Shown here: positions 1 to 14,056 of the stretch, piece by piece
Numbering within the stretch: position 1 is the stretch's first letter
Layout of the letters: the number at the start of each line of letters is the position of its first letter
Source of the DNA: Octopus sinensis
Taxonomy: Eukaryota
Assembly (NCBI RefSeq): GCF_006345805.1
Contig: NC_043007.1
Span: forward strand, 64,232,001-64,296,000
Direction of reading: 5' to 3'
Length of the DNA stretch: 64,000 nt
Notes under the pieces: model-generated
Database searches by the model: none
What the model was told of the DNA's origin: nothing
What the model saw: only the letters and a program-made list of their open reading frames with translations
Program-made: the position numbers and the translations under genes

Positions 1-1758
1 ATAATGTTTCTTAAGATATTTGCTTTCAACACAATTTAAGTAAAAAATAATTGATCATCTCAAATTTTCCTAATCTTTTTGTTTTAGTTGTATTCACTTC
101 CCTTTTTTTGTTTTTATTTTATGTATTTGTACCTTTTTCTGAATATTTTCTGTGTTTGTTATCATAAAAATACATTGTCAAATCTGTATATTATTGATTT
201 CTAACTTAGGTGCAAAGTTACAAATTTTATGGTGAGGGAATATGGTGAATTAAATTGACTCCTGATATATTGATAGTTATTTCATTGACCTTACAAGAAT
301 CAAAGGCAAATTCAAAGCTTGATTTGAACACAGAATGTAAAAAGTGGAAATATTGCATATATTTGGCTGGTGCTCTACTGATTTTACCACTCTCTGCTCA
401 TGTATAACAGTGATTGATAAGATTTACTGAAGCAGAAACTTTGAATAGGTTGTTCATAAGATGATATATTGCTTGGGGTTTTGTTTAGTCAGTGAAGCTG
501 TTTGTATGTAATTTGTATGCTGAATTAGAAATAATCTGTGTCTTGTAATGTGACTGTAAAGGAATGAAAAAGAAAGCTGTTGTAATATTTACATGAATAA
601 GATAGTTTTAATTCAGTATGTTAACATTTTATGTAATGTATTAGAAAATGTCTTATTGTGAGAAATTACCTTTTATACTTTTTATTTCTGTGTATAACTT
701 TGTTGTTAGTACCAAATTGTTTCTACCAGCTCTTATCAAGTGAAAAGGGATTAGAGCAAAAGGGGTTCAGTATTAATGCAAATAGTATCATATCTGATAT
801 ATAGTCAATGTTTCAAAGAGCTGACATTATACCTGTTTGACACATTTGTTGCATGCAGTCAGTATTGAGGCAAAAAGAAATTCACAGATGTTTGAGTAAG
901 CCTGTTGTAACTATAATGTGCACTCTTGTCTTTGATGAAAAGACCTATGGCCAGCATACATGTACAGACAATTGTATTGTATACAAATACATGCTCTTAC
1001 ATATATATGAAAATGTGCATTTTGTCCATGTAAGCCTGTGGATCAAGAATTATAGTTGTGTAACATGTGACAGAGATGAGGCCTCCCTATATATAGCTGA
1101 TAGTTTAGTTTCTAAAATCCCTGAAAAGAATTGTGTTTATTTACTAATGGATTGTGGAATGCCTGTCTTTGTATTGGGTGTGTTTGTTGAATGTGTTTCA
1201 AATGCTCTGTGTTCTGTTAGTGATTAGTACTGAGGTGACCCAGTTCTCTGAAGTGTACATTTTAAGTAATTTTCTTAACATATAATCAACCAGAAAGGAA
1301 AGAAAGCAGTTAAATTTGGTGTGCACCAAACTCATGTGCACTGAACTCAGAGACCTAATCTTATTGAATTAGAATGTGTTTTCTACTATGTCCTGCTACT
1401 ACTTCATGTATGCTTCACATTGTCCAACTGCAGCAATAGTTATTCCTTGAATATAAGTATGAAAATCAAGATTTTTAAAGAAGGGAAACTGAGAGGTTGT
1501 ATCATTCATTTTCCCATTTTAAGTTTTGCTACCATGACACTATTCTAGTTGGTAATAAATTCAGTTTTTCAAGACTGGTTGAAATTAACTAATATTTTAT
1601 CAAGTAGGTATGGAGAATAGGAAACAAGTATTTGAGAATCAAAGGTATATCATGGTTTCAAATAGACAGCAACACTGGTAAATTATATTTTTTCTATTTG
1701 TAGATGGAGTTAAAGTTAATTTAACCTCAGCATATAATTAATATTTTATTAACTCTAA

Positions 1759-1920
1759 GGCTGTGAGCTGGCAGAATCATTAGCATGCTGAGCAAAATGT
1801 TTTGCGACATTTTGTCCATTCTTAGGTTCTGGGTTCAAATTCCACCAGTTGAGTACTGGGGTTGATGGACTAACACCCTCCCTCAAAATTACTGGCCTTG
1901 TGCCAAAATTTGAAACCAAT
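1759..1920 (+). mobile_element. tRNA-derived SINE fragment
   Basis: gagctggcagaatcattagc head and gggttcaaattcc B-box-like motif. Confidence 0.6.
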
Positions 1921-3644
1921 ATTTTATTAATCCTAGAAGAATGATAAGTTCTTAATTATTCATGTTATATTTCCATTTATGTATTACAGTTTCAGTTGGT
2001 TTAATCTTGGATTGGCATTAGGTACCCTTTTCTTGGATATGTTTCTGGGAAGATTGGAACTTAGAACCCTTATTTCTAAATGAGTTTAAATCCAACCTTC
2101 GATAATGTACATATTCAGGAATTAAATACCCAATCATAGAGAAACCAAGGAAACTTTGTGTAATCTCCTCCCTGCAAGAAATTAAATTAATTGTTTCAAT
2201 ATACTTTAGTTCATTTTATCTTGCCATAATACTTCTGTTTTCATGTAACCTTTATAGTTAATTTTTCTGGTGTTTCACATTTTCTTGCTGGTATAGATTG
2301 CCCAAATTTTAGACTTATCTGATTCTTCAATGAAAGAAATTATAGTCACATATACCTTTATGCACCAATTGCTGAGTAATTTTGGCTGAAATTTATATTA
2401 ATTTTTTCCCCTCTAAAGACAATAATTTGTCCTGTTCCTGAGTTGATCTTATTCAATGTGATCTGTGCGAAGAAACCTTATTTAACTCTTAGAAGTGGGA
2501 GTTAGTAGGACTTCAGAATTGGGTAGGATATAATCACTCTTGTTCATTTCAATTTCTAATGCAGCAGTTTAAGGTTTCAGTTAGTTACATTGGTATGAAG
2601 TGTTATTCATATGGAATGGAAAAGTCAAAATTGACATCATTATTCTACAATAATCCTTTTTATTTACATTTTGACATAATTGAAATGTTGACACTATCAA
2701 GATAACTATTTCATTTATTTTTAAAATCATAATAATTGTCATGAACCTCAATGATATATGTTGAACTCATTTCAGAGGTTATGTTTCTCATTATCATATC
2801 TTAATAATAGTGATTATCTATTTAAAACAAACAAACAAACAACTAAATTCATGATTGAGATCATTACACAATTATCATAAAATTTTAATTGGATTGAAAA
2901 ATATTACTTTTTGAAAATTAGGTGAGTGTTTTGTGTAAAACGATAACTTATGCAGTTTGATTAATATAAAATTAACAGATTATCTTTAATATGCAGGCAT
3001 ATGTACACTCGTGATTATTTCAAACTGTTTCAAGTTCTTCAGAATGAAGTGTGGAAAAAAAGAAAAAGAATTCCCACCAAAATAAGCAAACCTTTTTAGA
3101 TTTTTTAAAAACAATATACTTAACTCTGACAGAAGCAATATATTTCCACTATATTATGAAGGAAGAGACAAATAACAATTCACAACAGGAAAGTGAATTG
3201 TAACAAAACTAGTGAAAAAAATTAATTTCTTTAAAGCTATGAGAAAGAATGACATGAATTTGTGGTTGATACATATAAGTGTAGTAAATTTTGGGAAAAT
3301 TTAGCAAGGCAACTTGAAACAAATAACCCAAAAGTTTAAAGATAGAATGAAGCTGTTATATAAAGATATCTAAACCACTACAAGAAAAGGGATGCTTAAT
3401 TGGTGGTGTTGATTTAAAGGCTTGAAAAAGTACAGGAAGCTCAACCTGTTAATACTATATAGGAAGTTGAGTTCTCTTGAATGAAAATGTTATTTCTATT
3501 GTGCATATATGTGTGTGCTTAAAATATAAGATGGTTGTAAATGTCATAAAGCTGGCTGATCAAGTGACAAGTGTTGCTATCCTTTGTGTCAGTGTCACTC
3601 TGCAGTTTGTGTGTTGCAGTCAATATAGAAGAATTTATGTTTAA

Positions 3645-3865
3645 CCCTTTAGCGTTTAGATTATTCTGTCTAATTTAAATGCTTATTTATACACATTGTT
3701 TTGTATTACTCATGCATTATCTTTTTGTATTGAGATTTCGATGATGTACTTGTTTATTTTTAGTATCACATTGTAGGGTAGGTGTGAGAGGCTGAATATG
3801 GCTAGTTTGTACATAAAATAGGTATAATATTTGGGTCAGATATGGTCAGTTTAAATGCTGAAGGG
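3645..3865 (+). mobile_element. TTAA-flanked piggyBac-like MITE, family 1
   Basis: TTAA-CCCTTTAGCGTTTA...TAAATGCTGAAGGG-TTAA. Confidence 0.85.
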
Positions 3866-4470
3866 TTAACAAGTTTCCGGAGCTGTTTAAATTTTAAGTA
3901 GCCATTTGTCCTAATGAAGCAAATTGGTCAATAGCCCTTTCTCTTTATATATGTGTGTGTGTGTATATATATACACACACACACACATACACACACACAC
4001 ATACACACACACATCAATTACAAAAGAGATAAAGCAGCTTTTAGGAGGCGAGATGTACTCAAAATACATTAAAATATTTATTTTATTGGTTCCTTTTTAG
4101 CTTGGAACAAAGTTTGTGTGTTGTAAAGTGTTGGGAAACAGTAACAGTGTGAAGTTAATTGACTTTGGATTTGAACTACTTAGTCTTGTCATACCAGAAG
4201 GTTTTCTGGTATTCTGCTGCACTCACTATTTGTACTGGAAAAATATTACAACTTGGACAACTTCTGCAATCTTCTTGTTTGAACACAAAATATTATTGGC
4301 AACAGAGTTACTCTGTCTGAATGCCAGTGGAATACAAGAACAGTTAAGAATAATTATCACAATATTTGTTAGAGAGAAAACATGTGTCAAACAAAATAAA
4401 GTAGGTTGATATTTATGTTGTGGAATATTTATCTTTTCTAAACAGTTACTTTTAATCATCTATAAAATAT

Positions 4471-4790
4471 ATCATCATCATCATCATCGTTTAACATCTG
4501 CTTTCCATGCTAGCATGGGTTGGACGATTTGACTGAGGACTGGCGAGCCAGATGGCTGCACCAGGCTCCAATCTGATCTGGCAGAGTTTCTACAGCTGGA
4601 TGTCCTTCCTAACGCCAACCACTCTGAGAGTGTAGTGGGTGCTTTTACGTGCCACTGGCACGAGGGCCAATCAGGCAGTACTGGCAACAGCCACGCTCAA
4701 ATGGTGTTTTTTACATGCCACCTGCACAGTAAGGCAACGCTGGTAATGATCATGCTCGAATGGTGCTTTTTACATGCCACTGGCATGGAA
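4471..4790 (-). mobile_element. RTE-type 3' UTR/tail fragment with (ATC)n tail
   Basis: (atc)n-gtttaacatctgctttccatgctagcatgggttgg is the reverse complement of the tail at 58270-58312. Confidence 0.8.
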
Positions 4791-5054
4791 CCTAATATAT
4801 TCCTTTTCAGTTTCTGAAAGTGATTGATATTCATGTCTTTCTTGAGATATTGACCAATGCAAAATAAGCTTAATATGAATAGTTACAAATTTTAACAGGA
4901 TTGTGAGCTGACCTCATTAGTTGTAAAACTGAATGTTGAAATGTATTTCTAGTTAGGTTGAACCAATGCCTAACAGAAAGCATGAAGTTTCATAAAATAT
5001 GTTAATCAATTACTGAGGCTGGATTATTATTTGTTTATACAAAACATGTATTAA

Positions 5055-5275
5055 CCCTTTCATTACCAACCTGGCTGAAACCGGCTCTGGCTCTGTAGTA
5101 CAAATGTCTTGTTTTCATAAATTTTGAATTAAAATCTTCTACCAAACCTTAGTCAAAATTTATGTACCTAACACTAGCTTAATGATAACTAAGTTATTTT
5201 ACTAAATTCTTTGTTATATTTAAAGTAATTGAAAGAAACACAGAGCATCTCAAAATAAATACAGTAACGAAAGGG
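5055..5275 (+). mobile_element. TTAA-flanked piggyBac-like MITE, family 2
   Basis: TTAA-CCCTTTCATTAC...GTAACGAAAGGG-TTAA (11/12 TIR match). Confidence 0.85.
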
Positions 5276-8087
5276 TTAAATAGTATCATAACTGAAACTC
5301 AGAAAAATAAGGATAGTGAGAGTTAGCTAGAAATAGAACCAACATTTTCTGGTTTGGTCTTGAACTGGTTAAGCATTGCCATTATTACACTCATAAACTT
5401 TAAGAACTTTGATACTATTTACTTCAAAGTCGCAATACTATTTAAAAAAATAAAAATTGCTGGTAATATCTCTTGAAACAAATAAATTATCTAATATGTA
5501 ATATATAAAGTTTGCGTGTGTGCATGTGCGTGTGTGAGTGAGTTATTTATTTATTTATCTTTTGCAAAGAAGAATAGCGTTCATGCCTTTCGAAATATCT
5601 GTATCAAGTTTCAATTCCAATAATAACTGTGAATATAGAAGTTTTTTGCTAACCTCATTTGCATCAATCTATATATACAGTTTGGTGGGTCTCTTGAAAA
5701 CAGATATTTTTTCTTGGATTTATTGACACGATTATCATCACTTCAGTAGATCAATAAGCCTAAACAGAATGGTGACTGCTAGATACTAGAATGCTAATTG
5801 GAGATTATAAACCAGATTAGCATAAGTATATTTCTGCTGATCTGTTGTTTGTTTGATTTTAGAAACTGATTCTTTTGCCTGATTGAAAATAAGTGTTTGT
5901 ATGACTCTTTAAAAAGTTGTTACCCGTTTATTTGCCTATGTGCTGTATTTAAATAACACAGTTTTATTTCATAGCTTGTCAATTTGCTTTTGATAAGAAT
6001 ATCAGTAGGTATTGTCTATTGTAGCAATTAACTTGGAGGAAATTCCAGTATTCAAGAGGAAAATTTCATTTCCAATGGGGAGATTATTTTTAGGCTGAAA
6101 AATTCCTATTATTTGTGGTGTTTTTGCTAGATTTTTTTCTTTAATGTTTGCTAAATTTATTTGATGAGTTTTAAGATAAAATATTAAATAGTTTTAGTAT
6201 GTAAGACTTCTTTCTCCATACATGTGAAGGAGTAATTAAGATGGTGATCTTATGAAAGGGAGAAATACAGAGAAAAAGTTAACATTATCATTTGACAGTC
6301 ATATAAGCAGTGTTTAATGACACTAATAAATAACAAAGCTTAATAAACTCCTAGTTGGACAAATTTCTGAGTATTCATAAAATGATTTACTTTAAAACTT
6401 TTAAAAGAAAGTATTGTTACCTTGGTATCTGGTTTAATTTGTTGATTTCCTGATTTTATTTACACGTTTGAGTTTATTAATGTATTTGTTGTCACTGTAT
6501 ATGAAAGAGAGAGAGAGAGAGAAATGGTACATGTGTACTTGTGTTCATAGAAGATATATAGTATTGTTATACATGAAAATGATGCTTTATAAGAACAAAC
6601 TCTTGAAGCTTAGGTATGTTTGCATTTAAGGTAGCACATCAGTCTTGTAGCATTAAATAATGATTTCTGGATTTGGCACACGGCCACACATTTTGGGTAA
6701 GGATATGTGTTAAGTTCGCACTAGTACTTGAGTGGTACTTATTTTATTGATTCTTAAAACTATCTTACTAGTTTTATCATTCTATTACTGCAACTTCTTT
6801 TTTTTTAAGGCCTTCATTTTTTCAGTATTTCTTTCTGTATAAACTCTTTTCATTGTTAGATTTTAAAAATTTATTCTTGCTTGTTTATATGGAATGTTTC
6901 TCAAAACTAACAATTTCTATTGATAAAAGTAAAGGAAAATGCTACAAAGCTATTACTCAACATATGCAGTTTTATGAACACCGCAATGATGGATGCAATT
7001 TCTTTCTAGTTTATATGACAGCATGCTCTAATAATGTTTTCACTTGAAGCTCTACTAAATGTCTTTTGCTTCTTACCCTTACAAGAGATTGAAGATGTTT
7101 TTCTCTGTCATACTACCACTGTAAATACTTTTCCATATTCATATACTGAATACATTGTTTGTTTTGTAAATGAAAAGCTGGAGCTGTTGCACTGAGTAAA
7201 GTACTACTTTCTTTTCTTGAAAAGTTTTAGGAAATTTATAGCAAAGATTATTTGGTACATGGGAGTGATATTTGCAGAGGTCTTTTTAAATTGTTTCATA
7301 AAGTACTTGGTGTCAGAAAAGATCCAATTAGCTTTAAGAACACTTTAAACTTGCCAGTCCCACCCCGCTCAACAACTTGTTTTCATTCAGAAAATCATAT
7401 CTGATCTGGCTCTTATTATTGTGAAAATATTTGATAACCAATCTTTTGGTTAAGCTTAAGATGTCCTTATATAGTTGCTGTTCAGTTTTCACTTGTTAAC
7501 ATTTTTTTTTTATTAATCCAATGTAATTATTGATAAACTCTCTTCTATATAACAATTTCAGAAGGGAAGGGTACCTAAATAGTGCTAGCTAGTTGTATCA
7601 AATGTTTAACTTTTGATCACTATGTTTTTTATTTATATTCTCTAAATAAAACTTAAATTTATTCAGTTTATTAAAACATTTTTTTTATTTTTAAATTACC
7701 TGTTTAACTTCCTCACCTTCATTCTGAGTCCAAATATAAATTCCTAATTAAAATCTTTAATGGAAGTAAAGCTATAAACAAAAAAATATCTAAGAGCTAC
7801 AAGTATACTGTCAAGTAACTGAAGTGAATCATTGTTCTGGAATGTGGTTGGTTCATGTGTAAGCCTTCATGTAGTTAACCTCAATTATTTAAGCTTTTCC
7901 ATGAAACTTAAATTGTTGATAACCATTATTATTTTTTTTTAGCACTGATATTTCTATAAATCTTAGATTTTAAAAAATTGGTTTAGCCATTAAAAAAGTA
8001 TGTTTTTTATAGGTTGTCAAATGTTTAAAATGAATTTGAGATTATGTTAGACTCCACAGACCAATTTAATTTTTATGCCCTATATGT

Positions 8088-8455
8088 GCAGGCATGACTG
8101 TGTGGATAGAAGTTTGCTTCCCAACCACATAATTTCAGGTTCAATCCCACTTGGATGAGTGTCTTCTATAACCTTAGGCCAACCAAAACCTTGTCAGTGG
8201 ATTTGGTGGGCAGAAACTGAAAGAAACCGTGTGTGTGTGTGTGTGTGCGTCTGCGCACGCACGCACACACACACACTTGACAACCAGTTTTGGTAAGCTT
8301 ACATCCTTTTAATTTTGTGATTCAGCAAAGAGACTGATAGAATAAGTACCAGGCTTTAAAAAAAAAAGTACTGGAATTGATTTATTCAAGTAAAAATTTC
8401 AGAGGCAGTGCCCCAGCATGGCCTTAGCCTAATTACTGAAACAAGTAAGATAAAA
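8088..8455 (+). mobile_element. tRNA-derived SINE with an internal microsatellite and a GGTGCCCCAGCATGGCC tail
   Basis: A/B-box-like head, gaaactgaaagaa core, (GT)/(CA) spacer, ccccagcatggcc...actgaaacaagta tail. Confidence 0.8.
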
Positions 8456-8707
8456 CATATATTGCTTTAGTTTTCTCTTTTTTGATACATGTATGCACTC
8501 ATAAACACACGCACACTTGCACACACATTGTACAAGATAACAGGCATAGTGATAAGGTATTGGATTGCCAGCTCATGGGTAGAAAACTCAAATCTGCTGC
8601 AGGAATTACTTTGTATTTTGTGGTATATAATTTCATTCTGCTTGTTTTATTGGGTGTGTGCATCACACACACACACTCTCTCTCTCTCTCTCTCTCCCTC
8701 TCCCTCT

Positions 8708-8739
<32 letters not shown>

Positions 8740-9143
8740 TTGGTGTGTATTTATATGGATGTCTTTCCAACCACTAAAAAGTTGAATAATAAAGGTTTAG
8801 GTAATTTTTTCCTTTTATCAATAAGGAAACTGGAACATTGTGTGCATTGTTCAAAGGCTCATAATGAATGTAGTAAGTTTGTCTAGTTTAACTCCTCAAC
8901 CTTATTGTGTTCAATACCTTAACTTCTCGACCATCTTGTGCGTGTTTGTGTGTGTGCACGTGCATGCGTGCTTATGTATGCACATGTAAAGATGATATAT
9001 GTGTATATAGTTGACTGATATACATAAGTCTGGTCTTTTACTGGTAATTTAAATAAGAGTAGATTAGAATAGTTGAAATTTGAGCAGAAAAATATGAAGT
9101 GCAAAACCATATAGTGAGCATCCAACCAATCTAGTTCTTTATT

Positions 9144-9560
9144 GACCATTATGTAAACCTCCTTGAGGAATGTGAAGATGCAGGCTGGAAAGTAGAGCAT
9201 TTTCCAATAGAAGTCGAGTTGGACACAGTGTGAGACGACTGTTGTTATCATTAGGCCTAACTCATCGTAAGGTAAATACCACCATGACCAATATCCAAAC
9301 TACAGTGGAGAAGGCTAACCGCTGGATTTGGTTAAAGAGAAATGATGAGTGATGGCTAGAGAAATATTGAGCTATATTTAATAACCAGTTTATCTAGCAA
9401 GTGGGGCCTCTATCAATGAGGGGGCCCGGTGTGCATTGATGCTGTCGAGAGGTAGGCCCCGAAATGGTGTGCATTCTCTCCTGATGACCCCACACACTTG
9501 CTGGCTTCTGATATGCGGAGTTCTCGACTGGTAGCACTTGCATGTGCAAGTTGTTTAAGT
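9144..9560 (+). mobile_element. Hero-type non-LTR retrotransposon 3' remnant (restriction-like endonuclease end and 3' UTR)
   Basis: With one frameshift it reads DHYVNLLEECEDAGWKVEHFPIEV / GHSVRRLLLSLGLTHRKVNTTMTNIQTTVEKANRWIWLKRNDE*W, matching the xWKxxxxPxEV...WLWLKR motif recalled from Hero-clade elements. Confidence 0.65.
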
Positions 9561-11117
9561 TCTGTTTCCAATCACTACTGTTAAGTGAATGGAATAAATC
9601 TTTCTCTGAATAACATATTAATTTATTACTCAATTATTTCTTAGGCTATATCAATACCTACTGAACTTCGCACTATACTGGAAGAAGAAAAGTACTATAC
9701 TTATCGAGGGAAAATAGAAGTATGCATGTGAGGCCTCTTGTCCAAAAGCTTGCAACTGAGTGAATCCTCACTAAAAACCTCCTAAGACCAAGTGATGGTA
9801 TTAAACTGGATGGCACGTTAGTTTGACCATTCATGCACCATACAGTCTGCCTTTCATAAAGGGAAAGTATTGTTGCTAACTATTCCCTCAATTTCTACTA
9901 TCCTTCCCTTTATTATTAGGACTAACTCCAGTGTTAATTAGGTCATCTAAGTAAACTTATAGTTTGCTCCCAGTGGCAGGTACATGATTTCCTTATAAGG
10001 ATGGGATAGATGCAGTTAGTTTCTACTGAAGGAATGATTTTAGAAGCAGGAAATATGTCTTGTGTAGAGATAGTTAACGTAATAACTTAGAAATATCACT
10101 AATAGCAGATTTAAGAATTGATAAAAAATATCTGCAACAGACAAAAACAGGATGGAAGCATAGTAATTTAAGTGAATCACAGCTTTTTGAATGTAGAGTA
10201 ATTCCATTCATCTACTCTCTATAACTGATTGTTTCTAGTTAGGTTTATTGTGCACCAATCTCATCATTGTATTAACATACACTTCAAAAATATATTAGAA
10301 TAATTTTGGAACAATGTCAGTATTTTGATTTTATCTAAGAACAATCTGTAAACTTAGTTGAAAGAAAATTTTTCTTTTTCTGCCCCCCCCCCCAAGTTTA
10401 GTGCTATAACCATATAATAACCTGTCCAATATTTAAAGGCTGTGTGGATTACAAGTTTCCATCAATATAAGATAGCTAGCAGAGAATTTCAGTTGCACAT
10501 AAACATTCTCTGATGCACAAAATATTATAACACCATTATGAGGTAGTCTAATGTAAGCCAGTATTAATTATGAGTTTGGAAAGTTTCCAAATATAACTGG
10601 GTAAAGTAACCAAAATTAATATAGAGAGTGGGTGGGGGAATATATTAAACAGTCAAAGGATGGTAGTGATAGTATAAACCTTACTTGAAGATGTAACATT
10701 TTGTAAATTCACTGAAAAATTAAGATTTGAGCTAATTTATTTTGTTGCAAAGTCTGTGCAAGTAATCTTACCTTCATTTCTAATGACATTAAAACCTGCA
10801 GATTATAGTCTTGCGACTTAGATATTTTTAAATACACACTTTACAAATAGAAGTCAGATATTAACAGTGATATATGACATAAATAATAGAATGCAAGCTT
10901 GAATTAAAAAGTTAATTGAAACTATCTTGGATTTTTTTTCAAAGGAATTTCTTGAGGCTGAAAGTTTTTTCACTGCCTCTGATTTAAGCCAATAGTTTTT
11001 AAAAAAATATAATATTTGGCAGCTTTGATCATTTTATTTTTGAAATTCAAAAGTTATATTGAACTAGCAGAGATACCCGGCCTTGCTCAGGATTAAAATG
11101 GCATAGACTATTATTGC

Positions 11118-11390
11118 TTCACTTGTTTCAGTCATATGACTGTGGCCATGCTGGAGCACCGCCATTGGTCGAAGAAATCAACCACGGAATTTATTTATTC
11201 ATTCTGTCAGTGTCTTTTACCAAACTGCTAAGTTACAGGAATGTAAACACAACATCAGTTGTCAAGAAATGGTGGGGGTACAAACAGGACAGACATATAC
11301 TTACACAAATATATCCATATATACAACAGTCTTCTTTCAGTTTCTGAGTACGAAATCCACTCACAAGGTTTTGGTTGGCCTGAGGCTATA
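11118..11390 (-). mobile_element. SINE, same family as 8088, 5'-truncated
   Basis: acttgtttcagtcatatgactgtggccatgctggagcacc...ttctttcagtttc. Confidence 0.8.
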
Positions 11391-11401
11391 ATAAGCATAT
11401 A

Positions 11402-11457
<56 letters not shown>

Positions 11458-11906
11458 TGCTTGTTATGCATATATATATATCCTTAAAAAAAAAAAAAAA
11501 AAAAGTTTTAGCCCGAAGGCCGTGGCCATGCTGGGGCACCACCGCTGAATGAGCTACACTAATTTGTGAATCCACCTCTGATACGTGGCACTTGATCAAC
11601 AAGGGAGTTCGATGCTGCTGCCCGCATCCACGTCTCCTATCGTGAGGTAGGCTCATCTGGGACTCCCAACAAGAAGAGATCCAGTTTAGTTTTAAAGAAA
11701 CCCACATCCACACCATGTAAGTCTCTCAGGCATTTAGGGAGGATGTTAAAGAGCTGTGGTCCTCTGAAACCCAAGCTGTTGCAGTATCTGGACCTGTATT
11801 TTGATGGTGATGTTGGAATCCTTATATATATATATGCTTATTATAGCCTCAGGCCAACCAAAACCTTGTGAGTAGATTTTGTATTCGGAAACTGAAAGAA
11901 GACTGT
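11326..11906. repeat. Local inverted duplication (~80-bp arms) enclosing (TA)n and the CR1 fragment
   Basis: 11326-11405 and 11827-11906 are reverse complements, including the junction tataataagcatata. Confidence 0.85.
11480..11823 (-). mobile_element. 5'-truncated CR1-type LINE (ORF2 C-terminus, 3' UTR and T-rich/AAGGAT tail)
   Basis: Minus strand translates [60 protein letters not shown]...SNSL, a typical CR1-clade ORF2 end. Confidence 0.8.
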
Positions 11907-11908
11907 CG

Positions 11909-12940
11909 TATATATATGTATGTATATATATATGTATGTATATATGTATGTATGTATGTATATATATATGTATGTATATATATATGTATGTATGTATGTA
12001 TGTATATATATATGTATGTATGTATATATATATATATGTATGTATATATATATGTATGTATGTATATATATATATGTATGTATATATATATGTATGTATA
12101 TATATATGTATGTATATATATATGTATGTATATATATATGTATGTATATGTATGTATGTGTATATATATATATATGTATGTATATATGTATATATATATA
12201 TATATATATGTATGTATATGTATGTATGTATATATGTATGTATATGTATGTATGTATATATGTATGTATATGTATGTATGTATATATATATGTATGTATG
12301 TATGTATATATATATGTATGTATATGTATGTATGTATGTATATATATATGTATGTATATGTATGTATGTATGTATATATGTATGTATATGTATGTATATA
12401 TATGTATATGTATGTATATATATATATATGTATATGTATGTATGTATATATATATATATGTATGTATGTATATATATATATATGTATGTATGTATATATA
12501 TATATATGTATATGTATGTATGTATATATATATATATGTATATGTATGTATGTATATATATATATGTATATGTATGTATGTATATATGTATATGTATGTA
12601 TGTATATATGTATATGTATGTATGTATATATGTATATGTATGTATGTATATATGTATATGTATGTATGTATATATGTATATGTATGTATGTATATATGTA
12701 TATGTATGTATGTATGTATATGTATGTATATATATGTATATGTATGTATGTGTATGTATGTATGTATATGTATGTATATGTATGTATATGTATGTATGTA
12801 TATGTATGTATGTATATATATATATATGTATATATGTATATGTATATATGTATGTATATATATATATATGTATGTATGTATATGTATATATGTATATATG
12901 TATGTATGTATGTATATATATATGTATGTATGTATGTATG

Positions 12941-12973
<33 letters not shown>

Positions 12974-13180
12974 ATATATATATATGTATGTATGTATATA
13001 TGTATGTATGTATATATATATGTATGTATGTATATATATATGTATGTATGTATATATATATGTATGTATGTATATATATATGTATGTATGTATGTATATA
13101 TGTATGTATGTATATATGTATGTATGTATATATGTATGTATGTATATATGTATGTATGTATATATGTATGTATATATATG

Positions 13181-13223
<43 letters not shown>

Positions 13224-13297
13224 GTATGTATGTATATGTATGTATATGTATGTATGTATATATATGTATGTATGTGTATGTATGTATGTATGTATAT

Positions 13298-13331
<34 letters not shown>

Positions 13332-13351
13332 GTATGTATATGTATGTATGT

Positions 13352-13385
<34 letters not shown>

Positions 13386-13400
13386 GTATGTATATGTATG

Positions 13401-13432
<32 letters not shown>

Positions 13433-13523
13433 TGTATGTATATATATATGTATGTATATATATATGTGTATGTATATATATATGTGTATATATATATATA
13501 TATGTATATATATATGTATATAT

Positions 13524-13557
<34 letters not shown>

Positions 13558-13581
13558 GTATGTATATATATATATATATAT
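11909..13581. repeat. ~1.67-kb mosaic (TA)n/(TATG)n microsatellite
   Basis: Almost continuous TA/TATG units; explains the Y/M/I/V/C pseudo-ORFs 11868-13738. Confidence 0.98.
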
Positions 13582-13891
13582 AATAATAATAATGGTATTT
13601 TTATATAAGCTTAAAGCTTGTGCCGTTCACTGTGCAATGACTAAGGAAAATAGTCTAATAAATGGGCATATAAGCCCTCGACAGAAAAAAGAAGGCTTTC
13701 CCATCTGCGTGGGATGCAAACCCACATTCCTTTGTTAACATGACTAAGTGTGTTACCTTTACACGCAGATGGGAAAGCCTTCTTTTTTCTGTCGAGGGCT
13801 TATATGCCTTGTTATTAGACTATTTTCCTTAGTCATTGCACAGTGAATACCATAAACTTTAAACTTATATAAAAATAGCATTATTATTATT
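13582..13891. mobile_element. MITE-like foldback (~130-bp arms, 50-nt spacer)
   Basis: 13582-13711 is the reverse complement of 13762-13891, e.g. ttcactgtgcaatgactaaggaaaatagtctaataa / ttattagactattttccttagtcattgcacagtgaa. Confidence 0.85.
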
Positions 13892-13949
13892 TACAGGATT
13901 GTAAAATACGGTGTTGTATAACAAAACCATTTGCACCGAAAGCAAAAGC

Positions 13950-13981
<32 letters not shown>

Positions 13982-14002
13982 ACATACACACATCTCTCTT
14001 TC

Positions 14003-14056
<54 letters not shown>

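Noticed and set aside
853-1227. 124-aa ORF
   Set aside because: GTG start, AT-rich intron-like composition and no recognisable domain.
4116-4409. ORF containing VKLIDFGF, resembling a kinase DFG motif, after a plausible acceptor
   Set aside because: No HRD, APE or other kinase motifs, and it does not fit the MARK exon order; treated as chance.
11868-13738. Three 560-620 aa ORFs rich in Y/M/I/V/C
   Set aside because: They are translations of the TA/TATG microsatellite, which cannot form stop codons in those frames.
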